Part shown: positions 46,992 through 56,921 of the stretch, piece after piece | Layout of the letters: each line of letters begins with the position of its first letter | How positions within the stretch are numbered: the first letter of the stretch is position 1 | DNA from: Acidobacteriota bacterium | Lineage (GTDB): Bacteria; Acidobacteriota; UBA890; WLXD01 | Assembly (NCBI GenBank): GCA_963666215.2 | Contig: CAXWPL010000005.1 | Coordinates: 704,001-768,000, forward strand | Reading direction: 5' to 3' | Length of the DNA: 64,000 bases | Position numbers and translations under genes: made by a program | Notes under the pieces: model-generated | Told to the model about the DNA's origin: nothing | Database searches by the model: none | What the model saw: only the letters and a program-made list of their open reading frames with translations

Positions 46992-49229
46992 TCAGCGCTC
47001 GCCAAACGTCCCGGCGTCCAGCTCACCGCGCTCCCGAGCGCTTTCGCGCACCTCAGCTGGGTCCCCGAGAAGCCCGTCACCCGTGTTGGTCGTCTTCTCC
47101 TTCTTCTCGGCCTGCTCGGCCTCGAAAGCCTTCTCGGACATCGGCTCGATGCCGACGGCCTCGGCGAAGGTGTAGAGGTAGCGCCTCAGACGGTCCATCT
47201 GCAGCCTCGGCTCGCCGATGCCGTGCCCCTGGCGCGGGTAGGAGACGTACGTGACGTCTTTGCCCAAATCCTTCAACGCCCGATAGAACTCGACGGCCTG
47301 CTCGGGGGGCACGCGCGCGTCGTTGGCGCCGTGCATGATCAAGATCTTGGCGGTGACGTTCTTGACGTGACGGATGGGTGACAGACGGCGGTAGATCTCC
47401 TCGTTCTCCCAGGGAGTGCCGAAGAACCAGCCGAGATAGTTCGAGATGTCCGTGGTCGAATACATGGAATAGAGGTTCGAAAGCCCGGCGCCCGGCGAGA
47501 TGACCTTGAAGCGGTCGGTCTGGGTGGACATCCAGAACGTCATGTAGCCGCCGTAGCTCCAGCCGTACGCCACCATGCGATCCTCGTCGGCCCAGCCTTG
47601 GCCCACGACGTAGTCGACGCCGGTCATGATGTCGTCGTAGTCGCGCACGCCCCAGTAGTTGCGGTTGGCGTTGAGGAACTCCTGCCCGTAGTTCGAGCTA
47701 CCGCGAAAGTTGGGCTGCAGCACCAGGAAACCGTTGCCGGAAAGGAACTGGTTGGTGGCGTTGAACGACGTCAACACCGCGCCGCTCGGACCGCCATGCG
47801 GGTTGACGATGAGCGGATAGCGCACGCCCTCGGTAAAGCCGGCCGGCTTGTGCAGGACCCCCTCGATCGCCTGCCCCTCGCTGTTGGTCCAGGTGATGGC
47901 CTCGACGTCGGCAAGCCGCAGGCCCTCGTTGCGTATCCATGCGTTGGCGTCGGTCAGGCGCGTCGGCTGGGACAGGTCGGTGACGGGAGCCGTGACGATG
48001 TCGCCCGGCCAGCTCGGCGACGCGTGTACCCACACCCAGCGTCCACCGTCCGGGGAGAGCTGGAACTGTGAGTTGGCGCCAGCCGGCGGGACGTGGCCGA
48101 GCGTTTCACCGGTGGCGACCTGAACCGAGAGTAGATTGATGCTGGTGCCGTCGCCGGTGGACCAGTAGATGTCCTGGCCACCGGGCGCCCAGATCGGCGT
48201 GGAGAAGTTCAGGTCGAAGTCCTCGAGCAGGATCTCCGGCTGGCCGCCAGCGGCCGGAATCAGGTAGAGCTTGTTGTACCAGGTGGTAGTGCTGGTGTTG
48301 CGGTTGGCCGAAAAGGCGATCGTCGAGCCGTCGGGAGACCAGCGCGGCGACGCGTCGGGGCCGGGGTTCTCGAAGAGCTTGCGACTGTCGCCCGACGCCA
48401 GGTCGGCCACGAAGATGTCGCTGTTCCAGCCGTCGTCGAGGTTGTTGCTGTAGCGCGCAACGTAGGCGACGCGCGTGGAGTCGGGCGACCACTGAGGGTC
48501 GGTGACGGTGAAGGCGCCCTCGGTCAGCCGACGCGGCTCGCCCTTGCCGCTGGCGCTCGCTTCATCGAGATCCTGTACCCAAATGTGGCTGGCGCGGAAA
48601 TCCTCGTCGACAACAACGGCGTCGTCCTTTTCCTTCTTGCGGCGCTTGTCCTCGTCGGTCTCGGGATCGCGAGCGGTGTAGAGGATCTTCGTCCCGTCGG
48701 GCGAGATCGAGAACGACTGCACACCGCCCTCGTGATCGGTCGCCGCCCAGGCCTCGCCACCGTCGGTGTACAGCACGTAGACCTGATCGTTGGGCTCCTC
48801 TTCCGCATCACGATCGGATCTGAAGGCAATCCGATCGCCCTGCGGGAACCATCGCGGCGACGACGCCCCCTTGGCGGCGCGGGTGAGCTGGCGGCGCATC
48901 TCGCCGTCGACGCGTACGCGCCAGATCTGGCTCACACGACCCAGATCTTCCGACTCCATGTCGCGCTCGGTTTGCGTAAAGAGCACCCAGCGGCCGTCGG
49001 GTGAGATGCGAGGAGCCGAAACGCCATTGATGCGCAGGGTGTCGCGAGCCGAAAGCAGCGCCGACTCGGCGGCCTCCTCGGCGCTCGACTGACTGCCCGA
49101 GCGCGAAGACCCGTGCGCCAATGCCGGCGCGGATGTCGACACCAGCGCGACGCCCGCCATCGCGGCCCAGGCGATTGCCAACTGCATCTTGCCGGTGATT
49201 CTCGGGGTGCTGACTCGTGTTGCCATCAT
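46992..49229 (-). CDS. S9 family peptidase (prolyl oligopeptidase / acylaminoacyl peptidase-like)
   Basis: WSPDG propeller repeats, PHGGP, PNFRGS..YG, GWSYGG, HG.ND.RVP, YPRQGH. Confidence 0.93.
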   Translation of the reverse strand: MMATRVSTPRITGKMQLAIAWAAMAGVALVSTSAPALAHGSSRSGSQSSAEEAAESALLSARDTLRINGVSAPRISPDGRWVLFTQTERDMESEDLGRVSQIWRVRVDGEMRRQLTRAAKGASSPRWFPQGDRIAFRSDRDAEEEPNDQVYVLYTDGGEAWAATDHEGGVQSFSISPDGTKILYTARDPETDEDKRRKKEKDDAVVVDEDFRASHIWVQDLDEASASGKGEPRRLTEGAFTVTDPQWSPDSTRVAYVARYSNNLDDGWNSDIFVADLASGDSRKLFENPGPDASPRWSPDGSTIAFSANRNTSTTTWYNKLYLIPAAGGQPEILLEDFDLNFSTPIWAPGGQDIYWSTGDGTSINLLSVQVATGETLGHVPPAGANSQFQLSPDGGRWVWVHASPSWPGDIVTAPVTDLSQPTRLTDANAWIRNEGLRLADVEAITWTNSEGQAIEGVLHKPAGFTEGVRYPLIVNPHGGPSGAVLTSFNATNQFLSGNGFLVLQPNFRGSSNYGQEFLNANRNYWGVRDYDDIMTGVDYVVGQGWADEDRMVAYGWSYGGYMTFWMSTQTDRFKVISPGAGLSNLYSMYSTTDISNYLGWFFGTPWENEEIYRRLSPIRHVKNVTAKILIMHGANDARVPPEQAVEFYRALKDLGKDVTYVSYPRQGHGIGEPRLQMDRLRRYLYTFAEAVGIEPMSEKAFEAEQAEKKEKTTNTGDGLLGDPAEVRESARERGELDAGTFGER

Positions 49230-49243
49230 CTCGATGTCTCCTG

Positions 49244-50749
49244 TCAGAGGTCGTAGATTTCGCCAAACTTCGAACGTACATAGGCCAGCCAGCTGTCGGC
49301 CCGTAGGCCCTCTCCGGTGGCACGTTGCAACAACTCCGTTGCCGTGAGCTTGCGTCCGTGACGGTGAATCTTGTCGCGCAGCCAGCCTCGCAGCTCACCG
49401 AACGAGCCCTGGGCGATCTGCTCGTCGAGGTCGCCGAGATCGGCCTTGGCGGCTTGCCAAAGCTGCGTCGAGATCAGGTTGCCGAGCGCGTAGGTCGGGA
49501 AATACCCGATGGCACCGAACGACCAGTGGATGTCCTGCAAAGCGCCCTCGGCGTCGCTGCCGGGGCGCAGGCCGAGATAGGCCTCTGAGCGCTCGTTCCA
49601 TTCGGCAGGAAGATCCTCCACCGCAAGCTCTCCGTCGAGCAGGGCGCGCTCGAGCTCGAAGCGCAACATGATGTGCAGGTTGTAGGTGACCTCGTCGGCT
49701 TCCACGCGAATCAACGAAGGCTCGACGCGGTTGATCGCTCGATAGAACGTCTCGAGCTCGACCGTCGCCAGCTGCTGCGGAAACGCCGACTGCAGCGGCG
49801 CGAAGTAGTGCTGCCAAAAGCCGCGGCTGCGGCCCACGAGGTTCTCCCAAAGGCGGGATTGTGACTCGTGGATGCCGAGCGACGTGCCGCTGGCGAGCAC
49901 AGTGCGCTCCAGGGCAGGATCGACGCCCTGTTCGTACATCGCGTGGCCGGCCTCGTGCAGCGTGCCGAACAGGCAGCTGGGTAGGTAATCAGGCTGGACT
50001 CGCGTGGTGATCCGACAGTCGTTGACCGAAAAGCTGGTGGAGAACGGGTGCGCCGATCGATCCTGACGACCACGGGTGAAGTCGTAGCCGAAGTCGCCGA
50101 TGACCGAGAGGCCAAAGTCCCACTGCGCCTGCTCGTTGAACGTCTGCCGAAGTATCGCGGCGTTCGGCGACGGGCGCCCGCCGATTGCGTGAACTATCGG
50201 CACCAGCTCCTTGCGCAGGTCGGTGAAGATGGTCGCCACCTCCGCCGTCTTCATGTCGGGCTCGTACTCGTCGAGCAACGCGTCGTATCGGCAGCCGCCG
50301 TCGTCGTAGCCGAAGGCATCGGCTTTTTCGCGCACCAGAAGCAGAATCTCCTCGAGGTGCGGCGCAAACAGGTTGAACTGCGACCGCTGGCGAGCGTCCT
50401 TCCAGGCGTGTTGTGCCTGCGCGGAAACACGCGTCAGCGCCGCCACCAGGTCGGCCGGGAGCCGTGTGGCGCGATCGTAGTCACGGCGCACAACCGATAG
50501 CAGGCGAGCGTCGTCGGAGTCGGCGTCGAGGTCGACCGTCTCTTCGGCGGCCCGGGCCAGCAGGTCCCCGACCTCGGGATCGGTGAAAAGCTCGTGTCCC
50601 AGGCGAGCGAGCGTGGCGAGCTGGTGGGAACGCGCCTCCACGCCGCCGCTGGGCATGTAGGTTTCCTGATCCCAGCCGAGAACCGCCTGCGCGCCTCCCA
50701 GATCGGTGACGCACTCGAGGCGTTGCTTCAGGTCGGCCAGAGCCGTCAC
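49244..50749 (-). CDS. M32 carboxypeptidase (carboxypeptidase Taq family)
   Basis: WDQETYMP, SAHPF, HEAGH, HESQS, IRVEADEVTY, QDIHW, GYFPTY. Confidence 0.95.
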   Translation of the reverse strand: MTALADLKQRLECVTDLGGAQAVLGWDQETYMPSGGVEARSHQLATLARLGHELFTDPEVGDLLARAAEETVDLDADSDDARLLSVVRRDYDRATRLPADLVAALTRVSAQAQHAWKDARQRSQFNLFAPHLEEILLLVREKADAFGYDDGGCRYDALLDEYEPDMKTAEVATIFTDLRKELVPIVHAIGGRPSPNAAILRQTFNEQAQWDFGLSVIGDFGYDFTRGRQDRSAHPFSTSFSVNDCRITTRVQPDYLPSCLFGTLHEAGHAMYEQGVDPALERTVLASGTSLGIHESQSRLWENLVGRSRGFWQHYFAPLQSAFPQQLATVELETFYRAINRVEPSLIRVEADEVTYNLHIMLRFELERALLDGELAVEDLPAEWNERSEAYLGLRPGSDAEGALQDIHWSFGAIGYFPTYALGNLISTQLWQAAKADLGDLDEQIAQGSFGELRGWLRDKIHRHGRKLTATELLQRATGEGLRADSWLAYVRSKFGEIYDL

Positions 50750-50783
50750 GCCGGGTCGATCTCCACGATGACCGCGAGAGCGC

Positions 50784-51191
50784 TCACTGCAAACCACCGC
50801 TGCCGAAGATCGGCCGGCCGATCGCAACGACCCCGAGCCCAACGCACGTCAGCGTCAGGAGCACCCCTACGAGAAGAAAGGCGTGACTCTGCCGTTCCTT
50901 GGGCCGTTTCCGGTTGACGATCACGAAAGCGTGCGCCACAACGGCCGCCAGCAGCATCATGACGATGTGGCCCGCCAATGCCCCGTAGAAAGGCACTGCC
51001 GTCAGCAGCAGCATGCCGAGCAGGACCTGCAGGTCGAGCAGCCCGGTGAATGCGCCCATGATTATGCGCGAGGTGTCGTCGAGAGGCCGACGTTTCGCGG
51101 CACCGACAACCAGAAAAACCATCGCGACCACGGCGGATAGCAGCACGAGATAGCGAACGCCCGAGTGGGCGTAGAAGAGCGGCGCCAGCAT
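50784..51191 (-). CDS. Four-helix membrane protein, hypothetical
   Basis: AHSG.RYLVL, DLQVLLG, H..MM..A...AH hydrophobic pattern. Confidence 0.65.
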   Translation of the reverse strand: MLAPLFYAHSGVRYLVLLSAVVAMVFLVVGAAKRRPLDDTSRIIMGAFTGLLDLQVLLGMLLLTAVPFYGALAGHIVMMLLAAVVAHAFVIVNRKRPKERQSHAFLLVGVLLTLTCVGLGVVAIGRPIFGSGGLQ

Positions 51192-51192
51192 C

Positions 51193-52626
51193 CTAGCTCC
51201 CGTCCCCGGCCTGCAAACGAGCAGCCACCGCCTCGACCTCGCGCCACACGCGAAGTGTATTTCCGCTCCACAACATACCAATCTCCTGTTCTGTGTAGCC
51301 GCGCCTCACCAGCTCGTGCGTGACGTTGAACGTTTCGCTGGCGTCATTCCAACCCACCACGCCGCCGCCACCGTCGAAGTCGGAGGAGATGGCGACGTGT
51401 TGAACGCCAATCAGATCGACCGCATGGTCGATGTGATCCACAAAGTCGGCAACGTCGGGCGCCGGATGCAACGGATCGACCTCGTCGCGGATCATCGCGC
51501 GCGCGGCCTCCATCTGCCGCTCGAGCTCGGCACGCTCGTCGTCCGGCACCCCGCGCATGCGACCGAACATCTCACCCATACCCGACACACCCATCTCGCG
51601 TTGCAACAGCTCGCCGATGGCCCGCTCGCGCTCGGGCGTCTGTTTCACGAAGGCACCCAGGGCGACCGTCTGCATGACGCCACCGTTTTCCCTCAACGCC
51701 AGCAGCTGTTCATCGTCCATGTTGCGCGCCACATCGCAGAGGGCACGGCAACTCGAATGCGAAGCGATGACCGGCGCGGCCGACAGCCGCGCCGCCTCCA
51801 GCATCGCCGCCTTCGAGATGTGCGAGACGTCGACCATGATTCCGAGTCGATTCATCTCGGCGATCACCTCGGCGCCGAAGTCACTGATACCGCCGTGAAG
51901 CTCTGCGGGCTCGTCACCGCTGGGGTTGGCCGAATCGGCGATCTGGTTGTGGCCGTTGTGAGCCAGCGTGATGTAGCGCCCGCCGAGCCGGTGAAACTCA
52001 GCCAGGTTGGCGAGATCGTTCCCGACGGGCCAGCCGTTCTCGATCCCGATTGCGGCGACCAGCTTGCCGGACTCGACGATGCGCTCGACATCATCGGCGC
52101 TGTGCGCCAGCTCGATCTGATCGGGGTACATCTCGTCGGTCAGTCGGTGGATCGCTTCAAACTTGGTGATCGCCTGCTGGTAGGCGCTGGCGTAGCCTGC
52201 CGGGGTGTTCTCGCCTTGGCCGACGTAAACCACGAAAAAGGCGACGTCGAGGCCGCCGTCGCGCATCTTCGGCAGGTCGACCTGCCTGTCGCCCCGCACC
52301 CCGGGGTCGACCTCGGGAGTTGCGAAGTTGAACGGGATGTCGTCGTGCGTGTCGAGCGTCAGGGCGCGCCCATGGATACCGCGCGCGACCGCTTCGACGT
52401 CGGCCTCGCCGACCTCGATCTGAGTCGGTTGGTCGGCTGGCGCACAGGCGAACACCCCCATCAGCACGGCCATCGCAAGCGCGGCCGCTCCGTGGTGGGC
52501 GTCAGGCGCTGTGGGCTCGACAATCAAAGGGTCGCGACCGGAGGCCCGGTAGCGGCCCCGGCTCGGCTGACCACCTGAAGGGATGCGGCTGCTTCGGGGC
52601 ATGCTCTCTCTCGCCAGATCCGTCAT
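51193..52626 (-). CDS. M19 membrane dipeptidase (probable lipoprotein)
   Basis: DTHDD, VDLPKM..GGL, GIENG, MNRLGIMVDVSH, IASHS, HIDH.V, SDFDGGG. Confidence 0.93.
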   Translation of the reverse strand: MTDLARESMPRSSRIPSGGQPSRGRYRASGRDPLIVEPTAPDAHHGAAALAMAVLMGVFACAPADQPTQIEVGEADVEAVARGIHGRALTLDTHDDIPFNFATPEVDPGVRGDRQVDLPKMRDGGLDVAFFVVYVGQGENTPAGYASAYQQAITKFEAIHRLTDEMYPDQIELAHSADDVERIVESGKLVAAIGIENGWPVGNDLANLAEFHRLGGRYITLAHNGHNQIADSANPSGDEPAELHGGISDFGAEVIAEMNRLGIMVDVSHISKAAMLEAARLSAAPVIASHSSCRALCDVARNMDDEQLLALRENGGVMQTVALGAFVKQTPERERAIGELLQREMGVSGMGEMFGRMRGVPDDERAELERQMEAARAMIRDEVDPLHPAPDVADFVDHIDHAVDLIGVQHVAISSDFDGGGGVVGWNDASETFNVTHELVRRGYTEQEIGMLWSGNTLRVWREVEAVAARLQAGDGS

Positions 52627-53687
52627 TCGGCGAACACAGTAAGGGCCGAGACGATCTCGCGCTCCTCGATGCCGCCCGTGGGTCGATTGATCAGAACGCC
52701 GTCGACAACCAGCGTCGACGACCCGCCGCCATCGAGGTTGAGGGCTTCGACGCATCCGAGATCCTGCATCACACCGGCCAACTCCACCAGGTCGAGCCCG
52801 CGACTCTCGCGCTGCCGCCCGTCGACAACCAGCAGGATAAGCTCACCAGCGGTCGTAGTCCCCACCGCGGTCCGCGGATGGGCCTGGGGAATCGTCGAGC
52901 CGAAGAAAACCTCCTCATCGGTGGTGATACGAACCTGCCCGTCGGTGAGCAGCGACGGGCCCGCGGCAACCGCGTCGCGAACGTTCCACTCCGGCAGCCC
53001 CGCGAGATCGATAGATTCGATCGGCTGCTCGGCGGCGTTGGCCAGCGGCTCGACGAGCTCATAGAGCACGCCATCGCGACTTCCGACCCAAGCGATATCG
53101 ACGCCGCCATCAGCGCGAAGACCGAGCGCCGCGCGAGCCGTGAAGTAGCGAACGTCAGCGCGAATCACCGAGTCGATGGCTGGTTCGATCAGCCGACCGC
53201 CGACCTTCAGCAGACCGATATGGCTGCTCGGGTCGGTGTCCATACGGAAATAGCCACCATTAACGACCACGCGCGCCGATGTGCGGCGCGAGAAGTCGCT
53301 GGCCGTCTCGGTGCCGTCGGCATCAACCGACGCGGCCACACGCGTCGTAATGCCGTCGGCGGCCTCGCTCACGCGGACGTACCACGCGCGCAGCGGAATG
53401 CTGAGATCGGCGGCCGCGAAGACCTCGATCCCTTCGGGCAGATGCTCGTTGAGTGACGCCTCGGCCACCCATCGCAGGCTCAAACGCTGGTTGTCATCAG
53501 CGGCGCCCGAGGTCGACTCGCCAGATCTACAAGCCAGGGTCGCAAGCGCACCCATCGCTGCCACCAAGACTGCTGCTGACCGGACCGAGCGGTGCGAGGA
53601 GAGTGCGCTCACCGGCGCACATCGGCCCGCGGACGAGATGGACGCGCGCGCACCACCTACAGGCCTTCTGGACGCAGGTCTCTGCAT
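52623..53687 (-). CDS. Phosphodiester glycosidase family protein (NAGPA/DUF2233)
   Basis: VNGGYF, AGP.L, HPRTAVG, VVDGRQ, ALNLDGGGSS. Confidence 0.9.
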   Translation of the reverse strand: MQRPASRRPVGGARASISSAGRCAPVSALSSHRSVRSAAVLVAAMGALATLACRSGESTSGAADDNQRLSLRWVAEASLNEHLPEGIEVFAAADLSIPLRAWYVRVSEAADGITTRVAASVDADGTETASDFSRRTSARVVVNGGYFRMDTDPSSHIGLLKVGGRLIEPAIDSVIRADVRYFTARAALGLRADGGVDIAWVGSRDGVLYELVEPLANAAEQPIESIDLAGLPEWNVRDAVAAGPSLLTDGQVRITTDEEVFFGSTIPQAHPRTAVGTTTAGELILLVVDGRQRESRGLDLVELAGVMQDLGCVEALNLDGGGSSTLVVDGVLINRPTGGIEEREIVSALTVFAE

Positions 53688-53691
53688 GAAT

Positions 53692-54318
53692 TCACCCGGC
53701 CTCGAGCAGCCACAGATGCTGGAAGGCCGCGACCACAAGCGCGTGATGGATCTCGCCCGCGGAAATCAGGCGCCCGACCCTCGCGAGCGGCACCAAACGC
53801 GTCGCAATCTCCTCGTTGCCGTCGAGCGCCGGCTCACCAACGACGACCGTTCCCCGTACCAGCACGGTGTAGCAACGATTGTTCAGGATTGCGGGGTTGG
53901 GAGTAACCGAACCGATCAACTGCGCATCTCCGCCGGCAAAGCCGGTCTCTTCGCGTAGTTCCCGGAGCCCGGCCTCGAGCGGGGCCTCACCCGGATCCAC
54001 CATGCCGCCCGGGATCTCGAGCGTGACCTCGCCGCTGCCGTGTCGAAATTGCTCGATCAGCACGACATGTTCGTCATCGGTAACCGCAATCACGTTCACC
54101 CAATCGGGCGAATCGAGGTAAACGAAATTCGCTGGCGCGTCCGGTCGGCCAGGCGAAACGGCCGTGTGTTGACGCAGCGTGAAGATCGGCGTCACAGCGA
54201 GCTCACGGTCGTCTGTCCGGTGCCATGCGGCGATACTGCCCTGCGCGCCACCGTCCGCGTCATGGCCGAGATGCGCTTCATGCGCGGGGCCAGCGCCCTG
54301 CGGACGCTCAGGACTCAA
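53692..54318 (-). CDS. NUDIX hydrolase (ADP-ribose pyrophosphatase-like)
   Basis: QFRHG....TLEIPGGMVDPGE.PLEAGLRELREETG Nudix box; start uncertain. Confidence 0.9.
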   Translation of the reverse strand: MSPERPQGAGPAHEAHLGHDADGGAQGSIAAWHRTDDRELAVTPIFTLRQHTAVSPGRPDAPANFVYLDSPDWVNVIAVTDDEHVVLIEQFRHGSGEVTLEIPGGMVDPGEAPLEAGLRELREETGFAGGDAQLIGSVTPNPAILNNRCYTVLVRGTVVVGEPALDGNEEIATRLVPLARVGRLISAGEIHHALVVAAFQHLWLLEAG

Positions 54319-54868
54319 TCGCCACCCCCAACCCGTCGGCGATCCGATTTGCGTAGGCGTAGTACGACGTCACCTCGGTAATCGCGAGGATATCGGCGTC
54401 CTCGAAGCCGACGGCTCGAAGCGCGTCGGCGTCGGTGCGACTCATACCCGAAGGTGTCTGAGTGAGCTTCGCCGCATAGGTCAGCATCGCCCGACGACGA
54501 GAGTCCACGTTGGCGATTTTCCAGTCGCTCTCGACCGCCTCGAGCAACACAGGGTCGTCTCGCCACAGCCGGCGCAGTCCGCGCCGGTGATGCGCTACTC
54601 AGTAGTGGCACGCGTTCAACTCGCTTACTGCCAGCGCAATCAACTCCCGATCAACGGCACGCAGCCCTCGCGTGCCGCGCATGGCTGCGCGATAGAGCTC
54701 GTAGTGCGCCCGCAAACCACGCGGGTGCAGCGAATGCACCCTCATGATGTTGTCGAGCGCGCCGCTCTCAGGGTCGGACACGCGCTCGTACAGCTCGCGG
54801 AGATCGCCCTCCGCCTCTTCCTTCGAGACGGTTTCGATCCACGCGGGCGCTACAGCATCGGTGGGCAT
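54308..54868 (-). CDS. AhpD/CMD-like peroxidase-related enzyme, probable selenoprotein (CxxU)
   Basis: RELIALAVSELNACHY-TGA-VAHH continues in frame to YA.KLT.TP, LRAVGF.D..I, YANRIADGLG. Confidence 0.85.
54562..54598 (-). promoter_or_regulatory. Candidate bacterial SECIS element
   Basis: CCGGCGC-GGACT-GCGCCGG hairpin beginning 11 nt after the in-frame UGA; loop begins with G. Confidence 0.7.
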
Positions 54869-54996
54869 GGCGCCATGGTAAACGAAGCCGCCGTCGTGCC
54901 GGCGACTCGCGGGCTTTCGCGCCGCGTTCCTGGCCGACTGAGTACCGCGCCATAGGCTCAGCTTCCGCGCCGCGGGCCTCCTTTTCTAGCTCTTCT

Positions 54997-55086
54997 TCAC
55001 TGGTCGACGCTCCACTCGCCGCCATCATTGAACGAGAGGAACAAGAAGATGCAGCAGAAGAGGAGCGCCCACTCGCCTCCGTTAGC
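54997..55086 (-). pseudogene. C-terminal fragment of a DoxX-family membrane protein
   Basis: NGGEWALLFCCIFLFLSFNDGGEWSVD* matches the NGGE.A.L...IFL.....G.G.WS.D DoxX tail. Confidence 0.7.
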
Positions 55087-55520
55087 GCCCGCCGAGCAAC
55101 CTCGAGCCCGATGTCTCCCAGTCCGACCAGACCGATGGTCCTGCCATGCAGTTGCCGCACGCCGTCGAAGCGCATCCAGTTGAAAGCGATGGTTCGTTCG
55201 TCGGTCGCTACAGGCTCGATCCCCAGCTCGCGGTAGGCGCCGGCGGCGCATTGCAGATGACCGGGCACCAATCTGCGAACCAGACCCAACACCAACGCCA
55301 GCGTATGCTCGGCCACCGCGGTCGCACCCCGATGCGGCATGAACGACACCGGCACGCCGGCCCTGCCGGCAGCTTCGAGGTTCACCGCCCACGGAGCACG
55401 TCCCTGAACCTGCAGCAGGCGGAGCGACGCCCCCCAGATCCGGCAGACTCGAACGATTCGATCAGTGCCGCGGTAACCCGTCGTTGTCCGGTGACGATCA
55501 CGTCCGTAACACTCTGAACC
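55087..55520 (-). pseudogene. D-isomer-specific 2-hydroxyacid dehydrogenase fragment
   Basis: VNLEAA.RAGVPV, AVAEHTLALVL.L.R, L.GRTIGLVGLGDIG.EVARR; frameshifted upstream part; cut right after the GxGxxG motif. Confidence 0.8.
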
Positions 55521-55667
55521 CCAAGTCCCTTGTCCTGCGGGCGTTTCACGTCCCGCCAGGAGGCCTCAGCTGCGCACAGTCGACTTGACTTGACAGTACC
55601 CGCAAGCCAGCCGGCGTTTGATACGCTCCTTTCTCTCCAGCGACGCGTTCTTGGGAGGTAATCGATC

Positions 55668-56921
55668 GTGGATGTGGCACAGGGAAAGGTCGTGCTCGCG
55701 TACAGCGGCGGGCTCGACACATCGGTCATCTTGAAGTGGCTCGCGAGGCAGGGGTATGAGCTGATCGCGTACATCGCGGACGTGGGGCAGGAAGAGGACT
55801 TCGATCGCGTCCGCGAGAAGGCGATGGCGACGGGCGCCTCGAAGGTGTACGTGGAGGATTTGAGGGAGGAGTTCGTCACCGACTACATCTTCCCTGCGTT
55901 CAAGGCCAACGCTATCTACGAGGGGAGCTACCTGCTGGGAACGGCTCTCGCCCGGCCGCTGATCGCGAAGCGCCAGATCGAGATCGCACACGAGGAGCAG
56001 GCGGAGTACGTCTCCCACGGAGCGACCGGAAAGGGGAACGATCAGGTTCGCTTCGAGCTGGCCTACTACGCGCTCGATCCGTCCATCCGCGTGATCTCGC
56101 CGTGGAAGGACAGGGCTTTCTTGGGACGGTTCAAGGGACGTCCCGAGCTTCTGGCGTACGCGGAAGAGCACGGCATCCCGGTGACGGCGTCACGGGAGAT
56201 GCCCTATAGCGAGGACGACAACCTGCTCCACATCAGCCACGAGTCGGGCATTCTCGAGGACCCGGCTCACGAGGTGGGAGAGGAGATCTTCTCCAGGACC
56301 AAGGCTCCCGAGGTCGCTCCCGACAGTCCCACGCGGATTGCCATAACGTTCCGGGACGGCATTCCGGTGCGGGTCGCCAACCTCGATGACGGTACGACGG
56401 TGGAGGCCCCGCTCGCCCTGTTCGAGTATCTCAACCGGCTCGGCAGCGAGAACGGCATCGGCCGTCTCGACCTCGTGGAGAACCGATTTGTGGGGGTCAA
56501 GTCGCGGGGCATCTACGAGACTCCCGGTGGCACGATCCTCCACATTGCCCACCTGGACATCGAGGGCATCGCCATGGACCGCGAGGTGCGCCGGCTTCGC
56601 GACACGCTCACGGCCAAGCTCAGCGAGCTGATCTACAACGGCTTCTGGTTCAGCCCGGAGATGGACTTCCTCATGGCGGCCATCGACAAGAGCCAGGAGA
56701 TCATCGACGGCACGGTGAAGCTGAAGCTCTACAAGGGGAACGTGACGGTCCTTGGGCGGGAATCCACAAGCTCGCTCTACGATCGGGAGCTTTCCAGCAT
56801 GGACATCGAGGGCGGTTTCGATCAGACGGACTCCGCGGGCTTCATCAAGATCAACGCCATCAGGCTCATGGCTCATCACGCGATCATGAAGAGGAAGCAG
56901 CGGAATCGGGTCGACAAGTGA
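55668..56921 (+). CDS. argG: Argininosuccinate synthase
   Basis: [51 protein letters not shown]. Confidence 0.97.
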   Translation: MDVAQGKVVLAYSGGLDTSVILKWLARQGYELIAYIADVGQEEDFDRVREKAMATGASKVYVEDLREEFVTDYIFPAFKANAIYEGSYLLGTALARPLIAKRQIEIAHEEQAEYVSHGATGKGNDQVRFELAYYALDPSIRVISPWKDRAFLGRFKGRPELLAYAEEHGIPVTASREMPYSEDDNLLHISHESGILEDPAHEVGEEIFSRTKAPEVAPDSPTRIAITFRDGIPVRVANLDDGTTVEAPLALFEYLNRLGSENGIGRLDLVENRFVGVKSRGIYETPGGTILHIAHLDIEGIAMDREVRRLRDTLTAKLSELIYNGFWFSPEMDFLMAAIDKSQEIIDGTVKLKLYKGNVTVLGRESTSSLYDRELSSMDIEGGFDQTDSAGFIKINAIRLMAHHAIMKRKQRNRVDK

